Shown: positions 39,137-48,796 of the stretch, piece after piece
Numbering within the stretch: the first letter of the stretch is position 1
Layout of the letters: each line of letters opens with the position of its first letter
Assembly: GCA_963666275.2 (NCBI GenBank)
Contig: CAXXOA010000003.1
Coordinates: forward strand, 224,001-288,000
Reading direction: 5' to 3'
DNA: 64,000 nucleotides
Source: Oceanispirochaeta sp.
GTDB lineage: Bacteria > Spirochaetota > Spirochaetia > DSM-2461
Program-made: the position numbers and the translations under genes
The notes under the pieces: model-generated
The model's input: only the letters and a program-made list of their open reading frames with translations
Told to the model about the DNA's origin: nothing
Databases searched by the model: none

Positions 39137-39435
39137 TCACAGTTGGTACCTGAGGACGACTATTCCGCAATCAAAAGATCTGGATTCCACCAGTGTCAGG
39201 TCGAGCCTGGCGTTCAGGTCTCCGAATATGGGCAGTCCCTTTCCGATGGCACTGGGGTTAATGAAAAGAAAGAACTCATCTATCAGGCCGTTTTTGATTA
39301 ATCCGGAGACAAAAGCGGCTCCGCCGTAGGCAATCATGTCTTTTCCGGATTGGGATTTGAGTCTCTGTATTTCTTCCACCAGATCCCCTTTTGCCAGGAT
39401 TGTATTTTCCCACTGCGATGTTTCAAGGGTTTTTG
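39137..39435 (-). repeat. Displaced duplicate of the 3' half of the DHFR-family gene (copy of 44889-45182)
   Basis: 294 bp repeat 39142-39435, about 10 mismatches by eye, offset 5747; no start codon region. Confidence 0.95.
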
Positions 39436-39540
39436 GGTTTTTAAGTTTGAAAGAGACGAATCGATCAGATTGATATTCTCATTTCAAGCAAATCTGACTG
39501 TTCAGAGAGGATCTGTCATTGTGCTTTTTCTGAGGATTCA

Positions 39541-39569
39541 TTGACAGGCTAAGTTGATCTCTTTAAAGT
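39541..39569 (+). promoter_or_regulatory. Sigma70-type promoter of iclR (probably leaderless mRNA)
   Basis: TTGACA-N17-TAAAGT; ATG 9 nt downstream; no SD. Confidence 0.65.
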
Positions 39570-39577
39570 TCCTATAT

Positions 39578-40342
39578 ATGGACTATGTAAACTCGATTCT
39601 GAAAGCTGTAAAAATTCTGGATTTATTAAAAGAAAAGGGACCATTGGGGTTTAATGAGCTTTTAAAGCTCTATGAACTGCCTAAAAGCACCCTTTCCAAA
39701 ATTCTTCACACATTGGAATCGGAGGAGATGGTCCGGAAAGATTCTGTGAGCAGCAAGTATTATCTGGGTAATAAACTGATAGAACTGGGAAGCGCTGCCA
39801 GATCTTCTCTGGAAATTCGGAATATCAGCCGTCCTATAATTACAAAACTGCATGATGATCTGGATTATACAGTCCATCTCGGTGTGATCGCTCATGGAGA
39901 AGTTCTTCCTATTGAAAGCATCGAATCGGGGCATTGGTACTGGCACCATTTCAAGTACCCCGTTGCGGTAGGAATTCCCGCCCCCATGTATGCCACAGGA
40001 GCCGGTAAAGCCATATTGGCTTTTTTAAGCTCCGATGAGATAGATGACATTTTATCCAGAGGACTGGAAAAATTTACTGATAAAACTCAAACGGATACAC
40101 AGTCTCTCAAAGAAGAGCTGGTGGAAATCCGTTCACAGGGATATGCGGTCAGCAATGCTGAACACGATGAAATGATCCGCAGTGTGGCGGCGCCAATCTT
40201 TAACAATGATGGAAAGGTTATCGCTTCGGTCAGTGTACTAGGGTTGGCAACAAGAATTGTTCCGGAAAAAATCCCTGAGATTGCGGAAAAAGTTATGGCT
40301 TCAACCAAAGAGATCTCCCACCTTTTAGGATACCAATCCTGA
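39578..40342 (+). CDS. IclR-family transcriptional regulator
   Basis: LPKSTLSKILHTL HTH; YATGAGKAILA; SVAAPIF. Confidence 0.93.
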   Translation: MDYVNSILKAVKILDLLKEKGPLGFNELLKLYELPKSTLSKILHTLESEEMVRKDSVSSKYYLGNKLIELGSAARSSLEIRNISRPIITKLHDDLDYTVHLGVIAHGEVLPIESIESGHWYWHHFKYPVAVGIPAPMYATGAGKAILAFLSSDEIDDILSRGLEKFTDKTQTDTQSLKEELVEIRSQGYAVSNAEHDEMIRSVAAPIFNNDGKVIASVSVLGLATRIVPEKIPEIAEKVMASTKEISHLLGYQS

Positions 40343-40411
40343 TTTTTTTCTAAGATCCAGGATACATTCTCTTATTCAATACAATCCGTTGGAAAAAATC
40401 TGAAAAAAAAG

Positions 40412-40455
40412 TTGACAATTTCCCATCCCATGTTACGATGTTTACATATAGAAAC
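40412..40455 (+). promoter_or_regulatory. Promoter with candidate IclR operator
   Basis: TTGACA-N16-TACGAT with extended TG; imperfect palindrome GTTTACATATAGAAAC over the start site. Confidence 0.55.
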
Positions 40456-40497
40456 AAAGTTCATATATATGTACTAATAGAACGTACGGAGAATGCA

Positions 40498-41556
40498 TTG
40501 TTAAAATTAGTTCAAAAAGAATATATTCCCAAACCTGCAGGAACGGATTTTGTTCATGCTTCCACTAATTTGAGGTTGCAAAACGGAACGGTACTTCTCT
40601 CCTGGTTCGGCGGTTCGAAAGAAGGGAATGATGACGTTTCCATCTACTATTCCCTAAAAAAGGATGCCGCCTGGAGTCTTCCAGTGAAACTGGATGACGG
40701 GATTAATGAACCTCATTGGAATCCTGTTCTCTTTCCACTGGATAATCAGAAAATCATGCTTTTCTACAAAGTAGGGAAGGAGATTACCAAATGGAGAACT
40801 TATTACTGCTTTTCTTTAGACGGTGGAACCACTTTCACAGCTCCTAAGGAACTGGTTCAGGGAGATAAGGGGGGCCGTGGTCCTGTCAGAAACAAACCTA
40901 TCCGGCTCTCCAATGGAGATATGGCTGCACCGGCTTCCATGGAAAACGGGATATGGCATGCTTTTGTGGATTTGTCATCGGATAATGGAAAGACCTGGAA
41001 ACCCAGCAATAATATTGTCATTGAAAATATAACCTATTCTCAGGAAGAGATTGTCATTTCCGAGTCCAAGAAAAAAATCCCTGTCAGTGAACAGTCTTTC
41101 TTCGGCCGGGGCGTGATTCAGCCTTCTCTGTGGGAATCGGATCCAGGTTCTGTACATATGCTGCTCCGTTCATCTGAAGGAGCCGTATACCGGAGTGATT
41201 CATTGGATTACGGTAAAACCTGGTCAAAAGCTTACGTTACGGATCTTCCCAACAACAACAGCGGTTTGGATCTGGTTAAGCTGAACAACGGTGTTCTGGT
41301 TCTCATCTACAATCCGGTGGGTACCAACTGGGGACCACGATCTCCCATCTCTCTGGCTTTATCCCAAAATAACGGGAAAACCTGGCAGAAACTGATGAAT
41401 CTGGACAGCGGGGAGGGAGAATTCTCTTATCCGGCTATCACTGCTTCGGAAGATAGAATTTTTATATCCTATTCCTACAAAAGAGAGAGCATTGCTTTCT
41501 GGGAACTGGAGATCCAACAGGAACAAGCAGATGGTACGCCGTCTGTTTTAAAATAG
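40498..41556 (+). CDS. BNR/Asp-box sialidase-like protein
   Basis: Asp-boxes SLDGGTTF, SSDNGKTW, SLDYGKTW, SQNNGKTW; FSYP; probable TTG start after GGAG. Confidence 0.88.
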   Translation: MLKLVQKEYIPKPAGTDFVHASTNLRLQNGTVLLSWFGGSKEGNDDVSIYYSLKKDAAWSLPVKLDDGINEPHWNPVLFPLDNQKIMLFYKVGKEITKWRTYYCFSLDGGTTFTAPKELVQGDKGGRGPVRNKPIRLSNGDMAAPASMENGIWHAFVDLSSDNGKTWKPSNNIVIENITYSQEEIVISESKKKIPVSEQSFFGRGVIQPSLWESDPGSVHMLLRSSEGAVYRSDSLDYGKTWSKAYVTDLPNNNSGLDLVKLNNGVLVLIYNPVGTNWGPRSPISLALSQNNGKTWQKLMNLDSGEGEFSYPAITASEDRIFISYSYKRESIAFWELEIQQEQADGTPSVLK

Positions 41557-41587
41557 ACTTTCATTAGAAAGAGAGGAGTATTTTATA

Positions 41588-42550
41588 ATGAAAAAAAGCA
41601 CTTTTTTCGTAATGGCAGCACTGACTGTCTTTTCATTCACAGCTCTGTTTGCAAACGGACAGACTGACAAGCCTTATCCTACAGCCGGTGACGTTAAGGT
41701 AATTATCCCCAAAGGGGCCGGTGGTGGAACAGATACTTCTGCCAGAGGAATGCTTCAGTTCCTTGGAAAGAAAATCGAAGGCGTTAGTTTTGTTCCGGTT
41801 AACAAACCCGACGGAGGCGGAGTAACGGGTATGGTTGAAACCGCTCATGCTAAACCCGATGGTTATACACTTGGCATGGTAACAGTTGAACTGGCCATGT
41901 TTCCCCATCAGGGAAAATCTCCTGTGACTTTTGCCGATTATGCTCCTATTGCCGCTCCCATTGCCGCTCCGGCTGCCTTGATTGTACCTGCAGATGCTCC
42001 TTACAGCACATTGGACGAATTCGCTGCCTACTGTGAAGCCAATCCCGGTAAAGTACAGGTTGGAAACTCCGGAATGGGTGCTATCTGGCATATAGCTGCG
42101 ATGAAGTTTGAGGAAGAATTCGGAGTTAAGGTTAAACATGTTCCCTATCCTAACGGAACCGCTGATATTGTAGCAGCTCTTCTGGGTGGACATATCGATG
42201 CTACCTTCGCAGATCCTTCAGGAATCAAAGGTCAGTATGAAGCCGGTCAGGTAAAAATTATTGCTTCCATGGCTGGACAGAGATCCAATATCTTTCCCGA
42301 TGTTCCTACTTTCAAAGAACTGGGACATGATCTGACGATTCGTGCCTGGGCTGCTCTGGTTGCACCCAAAGACACTCCTGCTGATGTTCTGAAAATCCTT
42401 CGTGATGCAGCAACTGAATGCTATAATGATCCTGCCTACATCGACTACTTCGTTAAACAGGGAATTGATCCTACCAATATTGTTGGTGATGAATGTTTTA
42501 AAATGATGGAACAGGATCATAAACTGTATGAAGTAATGCTGAAAAAGTAA
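41588..42550 (+). CDS. tctC: Tripartite tricarboxylate transporter substrate-binding protein
   Basis: AGGGTD, PDGYTLG, HVPY, PDVPTFKELG. Confidence 0.92.
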   Translation: MKKSTFFVMAALTVFSFTALFANGQTDKPYPTAGDVKVIIPKGAGGGTDTSARGMLQFLGKKIEGVSFVPVNKPDGGGVTGMVETAHAKPDGYTLGMVTVELAMFPHQGKSPVTFADYAPIAAPIAAPAALIVPADAPYSTLDEFAAYCEANPGKVQVGNSGMGAIWHIAAMKFEEEFGVKVKHVPYPNGTADIVAALLGGHIDATFADPSGIKGQYEAGQVKIIASMAGQRSNIFPDVPTFKELGHDLTIRAWAALVAPKDTPADVLKILRDAATECYNDPAYIDYFVKQGIDPTNIVGDECFKMMEQDHKLYEVMLKK

Positions 42551-42613
42551 TCGTATTAAAAGAATCTTTTTATTGCCGGCATGGGTGACCATGCTGGTCG
42601 TATTTTATAAGAG

Positions 42614-43087
42614 GTGTTTATGAAACCTATGAGTTTCTGGAATTCTATCGTTGCCGTGTTTTTTACGGCAATCGGTGTCGTGATGATAGCTTTATCCCGG
42701 CAGTTTCCCATCGATTTCGGAGCAGGAGATCCGGGGTCCGGTTTCTGGCCAGTCGCTTTGGGAACTATTATGATTGCTCTGTCTGTGCTGTTGGTTATAC
42801 AGAGTCTGCTGTCTCCTACTGTGAAAAGTAAAATGGTCAACCTGGCATCTGAACCGCATTTTAAGGTTTATATGGTTATGGGGCTTTCTGTTTTATTCTG
42901 TGTTCTGGTTTATCTGGCGGGTTTCCTGGCGGCCGCTCTGATTTTTATTTATCTGGTAACCGGTGTTCTCGGCGATGCCGGTCATAAAGAGAGAATCCTG
43001 ACTGCTCTGATTATCGTGGCAGCTTTATATATCATATTTACTTTGGTTTTAAAGACGTCTCTGCCTTTGCCGATTTTTCTACGTTAG
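42614..43087 (+). CDS. tctB: Tripartite tricarboxylate transporter small permease
   Basis: PGSGFWP motif; 4-5 TM; between tctC and tctA. Confidence 0.88.
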   Translation: MFMKPMSFWNSIVAVFFTAIGVVMIALSRQFPIDFGAGDPGSGFWPVALGTIMIALSVLLVIQSLLSPTVKSKMVNLASEPHFKVYMVMGLSVLFCVLVYLAGFLAAALIFIYLVTGVLGDAGHKERILTALIIVAALYIIFTLVLKTSLPLPIFLR

Positions 43088-43105
43088 TTTCATAAGGGAT
43101 ATTGT

Positions 43106-44608
43106 ATGTTGAATTTAATCACTGCCATCGGTCATGTTTTTCAACCGTTAAATATAATTGTTCTCATATTCGGTACCGGAGTCGGGATCCTTATCGGGGC
43201 CCTGCCTGGTTTATCCGTAAATATGGGTATCGCTCTCCTTTTTCCTCTTACCTTTGCATTCAACGGTTTGGCGGGAATCCTTATGCTTATGGGGATTTAC
43301 TGCGGAGCCATATACGGGGGCTCTATTTCAGCCATCCTACTTAATACACCGGGAACGCCCGCTTCTGCCGCCACAACAATGGACGGCTATCCTCTTGCCA
43401 TAAAGCGGGGCGAACCGGGAAGAGCCCTGGGGCTTTCTACTTTGGGTTCTCTTTTCGGAGGAGTTTTCAGTGCCATAACCCTGATGCTGATTGCTCCTCA
43501 GCTGGCAAAAGTCGCCTTGAAGTTTTCCAAGCCGGAGTTTTTTGCCCTGGCTATTTTTGGAATCAGTATTATTACCAGTCTGTCATCCGGATCCGTTATT
43601 AAGGGAGTTCTGGGAGGCGTTCTGGGGCTGGCCATTTCCACAATAGGTATTGATGCCATGAGCGGCCAGATCCGTTTCACATTCGGAACGACTTATCTTC
43701 TGGGAGGAATCTCCTTTATTCCTATTCTCATCGGGCTTTTTGCCTTTTCCCAGGCCCTTTTGACATTGGAAGAATCTTTTGGAAAGGAGCAGACGAAACA
43801 GAAAGTGAAAATCACCCGATCTTTTCCAACCTGGCAGGATATTAAAAAGGTTCTGGTAACTCTCATCCGTTCTTCTTTCATTGGAACTTTTATCGGCTGT
43901 GTTCCAGGTACAGGTGGAGACATTTCCTCATTTATAGCGTATGACCAGGCCAAAAAATGGTCGAAGGACAAAGCGGAGTTCGGCAGCGGCGCTATAGAGG
44001 GAATCTGTGCACCCGAAGCCGGCAACAATGCCGTATCAGGCGGGGCTTTTATTCCCATGCTGACTTTAGGGATTCCCGGTGACGGAGCAACAGCCATTAT
44101 GCTGGGAGCTCTGATGGTGCAGGGGATTCAACCCGGGCCGCTTCTCTTTAAGGAACAGATCCCAACAGTATACAGTTTGTTTATCGGACTTTTAGTGGCG
44201 AACCTTGTAATGGGAATATTCGGATTTTCTCTTATCCGTCTGTTTGTCAAGGTGATCAATGTACCGAAGAAAATTCTGATTCCCTTGATTTTCAGTCTGA
44301 CCTTTGTGGGGGCTTATGCCTATAACAACTCTATGACAGATATCTATATCATGGTTGGTTTTGGGATTCTGGGATATTTTATGAATAAGTTCCAGTTTTC
44401 CATGTCGGCTATCATCATCGGAATCATTCTGGGAAAACTGGCGGAAGCCAACTTCCGGGGAGCCTTGATTATGAGTGACGGGCAGTTAAGTGTTTTTGTA
44501 ACAAATCCTATCTGTTTTGTTCTTCTGATTATCGCCTTTATCTCTCTTTTTACACCTCTGATAGCACCGCTTATTAATAAAAAGAATAAAGTCAAATCTG
44601 CTTCCTGA
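43106..44608 (+). CDS. tctA: Tripartite tricarboxylate transporter large permease
   Basis: YGGSISAILLNTPGT, EAGNNA, LTLGIPG. Confidence 0.95.
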   Translation: MLNLITAIGHVFQPLNIIVLIFGTGVGILIGALPGLSVNMGIALLFPLTFAFNGLAGILMLMGIYCGAIYGGSISAILLNTPGTPASAATTMDGYPLAIKRGEPGRALGLSTLGSLFGGVFSAITLMLIAPQLAKVALKFSKPEFFALAIFGISIITSLSSGSVIKGVLGGVLGLAISTIGIDAMSGQIRFTFGTTYLLGGISFIPILIGLFAFSQALLTLEESFGKEQTKQKVKITRSFPTWQDIKKVLVTLIRSSFIGTFIGCVPGTGGDISSFIAYDQAKKWSKDKAEFGSGAIEGICAPEAGNNAVSGGAFIPMLTLGIPGDGATAIMLGALMVQGIQPGPLLFKEQIPTVYSLFIGLLVANLVMGIFGFSLIRLFVKVINVPKKILIPLIFSLTFVGAYAYNNSMTDIYIMVGFGILGYFMNKFQFSMSAIIIGIILGKLAEANFRGALIMSDGQLSVFVTNPICFVLLIIAFISLFTPLIAPLINKKNKVKSAS

Positions 44609-44635
44609 TTGAAATTTTTTAGAAACACGCTTTTT

Positions 44636-44664
44636 CTCCGGGGGATTTCCTCCGGAGTTTTTTT
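44636..44664 (+). terminator. Intrinsic terminator after tctA
   Basis: CTCCGGGGG-ATTT-CCTCCGGAG followed by T7. Confidence 0.8.
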
Positions 44665-44877
44665 ATAAAATGTGGTGTTCTGTATAAAGTAACCTTTCCT
44701 GTTTGAATGGCGGTCATCTGTGCTTATAGAACACAGTCAATGTGTCCTACATTGTTTACCAATCGTATATTTTGTCTTTCCAATGATGTTGAATGGATTT
44801 TTATTGGATACGGGGGTCTGAGACTGTAGAATAATGAATGATCCTACCACCGGGCTGTCCTATTCTGGCGAAATCCC

Positions 44878-45429
44878 TTATCCCGCCGGTTGGTACCTGA
44901 GGACGGCTATTCCGCAATCAAAAGACCTGGATTCCACCAGTGTCAGGTCAAGCCTGGCGTTCAGGTCTCCGAATATGGGCAGTCCCTTTCCGATGGCACT
45001 GGGGTTAATGAAAAGAAAGAACTCATCTATCAGGCCGTTCCTGATTAATCCGGAGACAAACGCGGCTCCGCCGTAGGCAATCATGTCTTTTCCGGATTGG
45101 GATTTGAGTCCCTGTATTTCTTCCACCAGATCCCCTTTCGCCAGGGTGGTATTTTCCCACTGCGATGTTTCAAGGGTTTTTGTGAATACAACTTTCTTTG
45201 TGTTTATGAAGGTCTCAGCGCCTTCTTCTTCGGGGTGGGAGGTCCAATAGGGTATGAATCCTTCTGCTAGTTTTCTTCCAAGGACTATACAATCAACATT
45301 TTCAGTGATCTGCTCCACGTATTTTTTGAGTTCCTTGTCCCAGTCAAAGTTAACCCAATCCATTTCGCCTTCAGGTCCGGCAATATACCCGTTTACTGTC
45401 ATTTGAACCTGGAGTTTCAGTTTTCTCAT
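44878..45429 (-). CDS. Dihydrofolate reductase-family (RibD C-terminal) protein
   Basis: TVNGYIAGP, LGRK, YGGA, LIDEFFL.INP..IGKG. Confidence 0.9.
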   Translation of the reverse strand: MRKLKLQVQMTVNGYIAGPEGEMDWVNFDWDKELKKYVEQITENVDCIVLGRKLAEGFIPYWTSHPEEEGAETFINTKKVVFTKTLETSQWENTTLAKGDLVEEIQGLKSQSGKDMIAYGGAAFVSGLIRNGLIDEFFLFINPSAIGKGLPIFGDLNARLDLTLVESRSFDCGIAVLRYQPAG

Positions 45430-45703
45430 GGTTTCTCCTTTTTTATCTGGTTTGAAAGATGAAGAGGGGATTTTGTGATGCTGCTTTTATTTTAGTATAG
45501 TGGGAGCTTTGGTGCTTGTAGGAAGTTGTTTTTGTCTACAAGTGGCCGAAATGTGGGGTGAGGTCAGTCTTCAGGAATAGAATGGTAATTTCTGCCCGTA
45601 CCTTTTGTTCTTTTAACACCGATTTCTGCTGTTTGCCGAAAGCTGGCGTGGTCGTTGCAAATGCAAGGACCATGACAGTAGGCAAATCAGTAGCAAATTT
45701 TTG

Positions 45704-47901
45704 GTACGCCTGACATGGCAATAAACTTATGAGGTGAAAGTCCTCTACAGCTACCCACGTATAGTAAACATGCTATACCAACTGTTAGCCGACGGCAAGG
45801 GCAATTCCGTGAGGAATTGTCTGGAGGAAGCCTGAGTGCAAAACCGGGAGCCCATGTACAAGAATGTGATATGGAATGCGAGTCACGCAGCATTCCACCC
45901 CCCAGTTCTGGAGGCTGGTCGCAAACAAGTTTGCTGCTCGCCCATGCAGCCTAGGGTGAGTCAGCCAATGATGACGATGCCCCGTGGGTGAGGGATAGGG
46001 TAAATCACAGGGTTGTCCGGCCCTGGTCGTAAACTTCGTTTACTGCTCGGGTATGCATCCGAGGAAAGTTTATTGTCTTATTCGGGAACCGAAAGCCGTT
46101 TCGGCTGGAGGTTGTTATTCAAGCGGCATGGCCGCAACCTTAACGAACACAGATCGAAGCAGCTTGCTGCGTAGAACTTTATTCGGGGAGATCTGTCTGC
46201 AAGGCGGTAACGGCGGTTTGACCGTGAGAATCCGGAGGATACCGGGGTAACAAATCCAGGCCTATCAGGGGATGACACTCTGATAAGGAGCCGTTTATAC
46301 GGAACACAAAGAAGTCGTCACAGCGATTCAAACCGGATGATACAGCGTCAGCAGGAGTAATTCTACTGATAAGCAGACAGAAGTCAGCAGAAGGCATAGT
46401 AGCCAACGCCCGGAGTAATGTCCGGTTCATGGTGAAGGTCTGAACATTTCACAAGGAGGAGCCTTATGGTTCTCAAAGGAACAATTTCAGTTTATGCCGG
46501 AATCACTTTTGGCGGACCATGGAGAAACCAGCCTTGAACGAATCTATGATGGATTTGATTTTATCCTCTGAAAATATGCACAAAGCCTGGAAACAGGTCA
46601 AACGCAATGGAGGTAGCCCTGGAATCGACGGTATCACTGTCGAGAAGTTTCCAGGATATCTGAAAACCAGATGGCCTAGAATCAAACGAGCTTTGCTCAA
46701 CGGGTACTATGTACCTTCTCCGGTGCTGAGGGTAGAAATCCCGAAGAAATCCGGAGGAAAACGGATGCTGGGAATCCCGACAGTTCTAGACAGGGTTATC
46801 CAGCAGGCTATTTCACAGGTTCTGAATCCCATATTTGATCCGGATTTCTCGGAGCATAGCTATGGATTCAGACCGGGAAGATCGGCTCACGGAGCAGTGA
46901 AACAGGTAAATCAACATGTCAAATCCGGGTATAGATACGCCGTGGATCTGGACTTGGAAAAGTTCTTTGATACAGTTAATCATGATATCCTGATGCATTT
47001 TGTGGCTGTAAAAGTCTGGGACAAATCTGTCCTCAGACTCATCGGCCGTTACCTGAGAGCCGGTATTCAGTTGGACAATGGAAAAGTGATTCCTACAGAC
47101 ATCGGCACACCCCAAGGCGGGCCCTTATCACCTCTGCTTTCCAATATCCTCCTTGATCGGTTGGATATGGAACTGGAGAGAAGAAATGTGAGGTTCGCAC
47201 GGTATGCAGATGACACTATCCTTTTAACGAAGAGATTGTGTGATGCTAGGAAGATCCTACAGGAAGTTTCAATATTTCTGGTAAGGAAATTGAAATTGGT
47301 AGTGAATCAGGAGAAAACGAAAGTTGCAAAGATAAGGGAGTGCAGTTTCCTGGGATTCACATTCAAGGGTAAGAAGATTCGCTGGACAGAGTCGTCCTTT
47401 GAGGATTTTCGGTATCATCTGAAATATCTGACAAGGCGTTCCTGGGGTGTTTCCATGGAATACAGAATCGGGAAACTCAATGAGTATATCCGGGGCTGGA
47501 TGAACTACTATGGGATCTCCCAATATTACAGCCCTTTACAGAACCTTGATGACTGGCTCCGTAGGAGGATTCGCATGTGTTACTGGAAACAGTGGCGATA
47601 TCCCAGAACGAAAGTCAGGAAACTGATGGAACTGGGGATTCCGAAAGATTTTGCCATTATCACCGGTGCCAGTAGTAAATCCTATTGGCATCTCTCCAAG
47701 TCTTACGCTACCAATGCAGCTATGTCCAATAAATGGCTGGAAGAGCAGGGATTGGTCAATATCAAATATCTGTGGTGTAAAGCCCAGGGATATATCTGAT
47801 CAAATCAGGATTTCGTTTGCTCCATGGAGTGAACCGCCCCGTGCGGACCCGCATGCGGGGTGGTGTGGGGGCTGGAGGTTAAAAGCCTCCGGCTACCCGA
47901 T
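45704..47901 (+). mobile_element. Group II intron copy 1 (attC-targeting, IIC-attC-like), 2198 bp
   Basis: 5' GTACG; domain V GAACCGCCCCGTGCGGACCCGCATGCGGGGTGGTGT; domain VI ending CCCGAT; ends defined by comparison with copy 2. Confidence 0.93.
46519..47799 (+). CDS. ltrA: Group II intron reverse transcriptase/maturase, no endonuclease domain
   Basis: PGIDG, RMLGIPTVLDR, SYGFRPGRS, GTPQGGPLSP, RYADD, maturase GWMNYY. Confidence 0.96.
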   Translation: MEKPALNESMMDLILSSENMHKAWKQVKRNGGSPGIDGITVEKFPGYLKTRWPRIKRALLNGYYVPSPVLRVEIPKKSGGKRMLGIPTVLDRVIQQAISQVLNPIFDPDFSEHSYGFRPGRSAHGAVKQVNQHVKSGYRYAVDLDLEKFFDTVNHDILMHFVAVKVWDKSVLRLIGRYLRAGIQLDNGKVIPTDIGTPQGGPLSPLLSNILLDRLDMELERRNVRFARYADDTILLTKRLCDARKILQEVSIFLVRKLKLVVNQEKTKVAKIRECSFLGFTFKGKKIRWTESSFEDFRYHLKYLTRRSWGVSMEYRIGKLNEYIRGWMNYYGISQYYSPLQNLDDWLRRRIRMCYWKQWRYPRTKVRKLMELGIPKDFAIITGASSKSYWHLSKSYATNAAMSNKWLEEQGLVNIKYLWCKAQGYI

Positions 47902-47915
47902 TTATATAGCAATTA

Positions 47916-48725
47916 TTAGCTCATACCTTTAATATTTACAGAACATTCATCTACTGTTTTTATTTCTTCAAACAAATCAATGTTTGTAAATTTTAACGAA
48001 GCCTTTGATTCGCCCAATACAATTGGTTCACAAATTGAATATAATTCAAAATCTTTACCAATTGTTATACCAAGCTGCAAACCTCCACCTATACTTGAAT
48101 ATGTACCTTCTTCAACAATTTTTGAAATTACATGATAGGGAGCTCTACTTGATAAAATTGGATGGCTAGATTCCTTTTTAAATTTCTGAATTCTTTGTTT
48201 TATATCATCTTTATGAGCACCAAGGAGAATAAAATCATTTTCACATTTCTTAGTCACATCTTCAGATAATTCTCTATTGTCTTTTCCTATTTGTGTTCTA
48301 TAGATTTTATAATCATTGTTCTTTTTGCAGTAACCAAATGAAGAGAACTCAACAGGATAGTTATTAACTATTGGTGTCGTATATTGCTTAACAATTCTAG
48401 TAACAAGATTGTGGATTTCTTCAATGCATGGTACCTTTTTATTTACTGAAATTAAACTTGTAAGGATTTTGTTTAAATTTGTTGTAACAATGAGAGCAAC
48501 TAAAGCTGATCCAGCAAATGCTATTCCAATTTTTTGGTCCCAGTATATCCGATTAAATAATCCGGAATTATCTGATTCCTTACAAATGACCTGTAATTCA
48601 TAAATTTTTGGCCCAAAATCTGTTAGAATCCTATTTGATTCTTGGCCTGATGAATATCTGGTATCAGAAACAGCCCAAAGTGATCTAGATTCATAATTAT
48701 TTATCCATAGTGCAATAGTCGACAT
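47916..48725 (-). CDS. Cassette protein with proteasome-beta/Ntn-hydrolase-like features
   Basis: N-terminal M-S-T-I, AVSDTRYS, KI, IGIAFAG, SIGG spaced as in proteasome beta/HslV subunits (fold inferred). Confidence 0.6.
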   Translation of the reverse strand: MSTIALWINNYESRSLWAVSDTRYSSGQESNRILTDFGPKIYELQVICKESDNSGLFNRIYWDQKIGIAFAGSALVALIVTTNLNKILTSLISVNKKVPCIEEIHNLVTRIVKQYTTPIVNNYPVEFSSFGYCKKNNDYKIYRTQIGKDNRELSEDVTKKCENDFILLGAHKDDIKQRIQKFKKESSHPILSSRAPYHVISKIVEEGTYSSIGGGLQLGITIGKDFELYSICEPIVLGESKASLKFTNIDLFEEIKTVDECSVNIKGMS

Positions 48726-48796
48726 ATTTTAAACCTCAAAAAAAATTATTCATGCCTAAGTTTGTATCTTTCAAGATTGATGATTTTTAAAAGAAT

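Larger units (their letters stand above)
45611..47907 (-). other. attC site 1 (about 99 bp once intron 45704-47901 is removed)
   Basis: Minus strand ATATAAC AAAAATTT g CTACTG a TTTGCC ... GGCAAA CAGCAG AAATCGGT GTTAAAA; two unpaired bases in the left arm. Confidence 0.85.

Noticed and set aside
44878..45616. DHFR-family gene as an integron (dfr) cassette
   Set aside because: No downstream attC or TTTTAAC inverse core found; RibD-C-like rather than DfrA/B; backbone-like composition
46519..47799. RT as retron, DGR or CRISPR-associated RT
   Set aside because: It has a maturase region and is followed by domains V/VI of a group II intron; no template/variable repeat pair or cas genes
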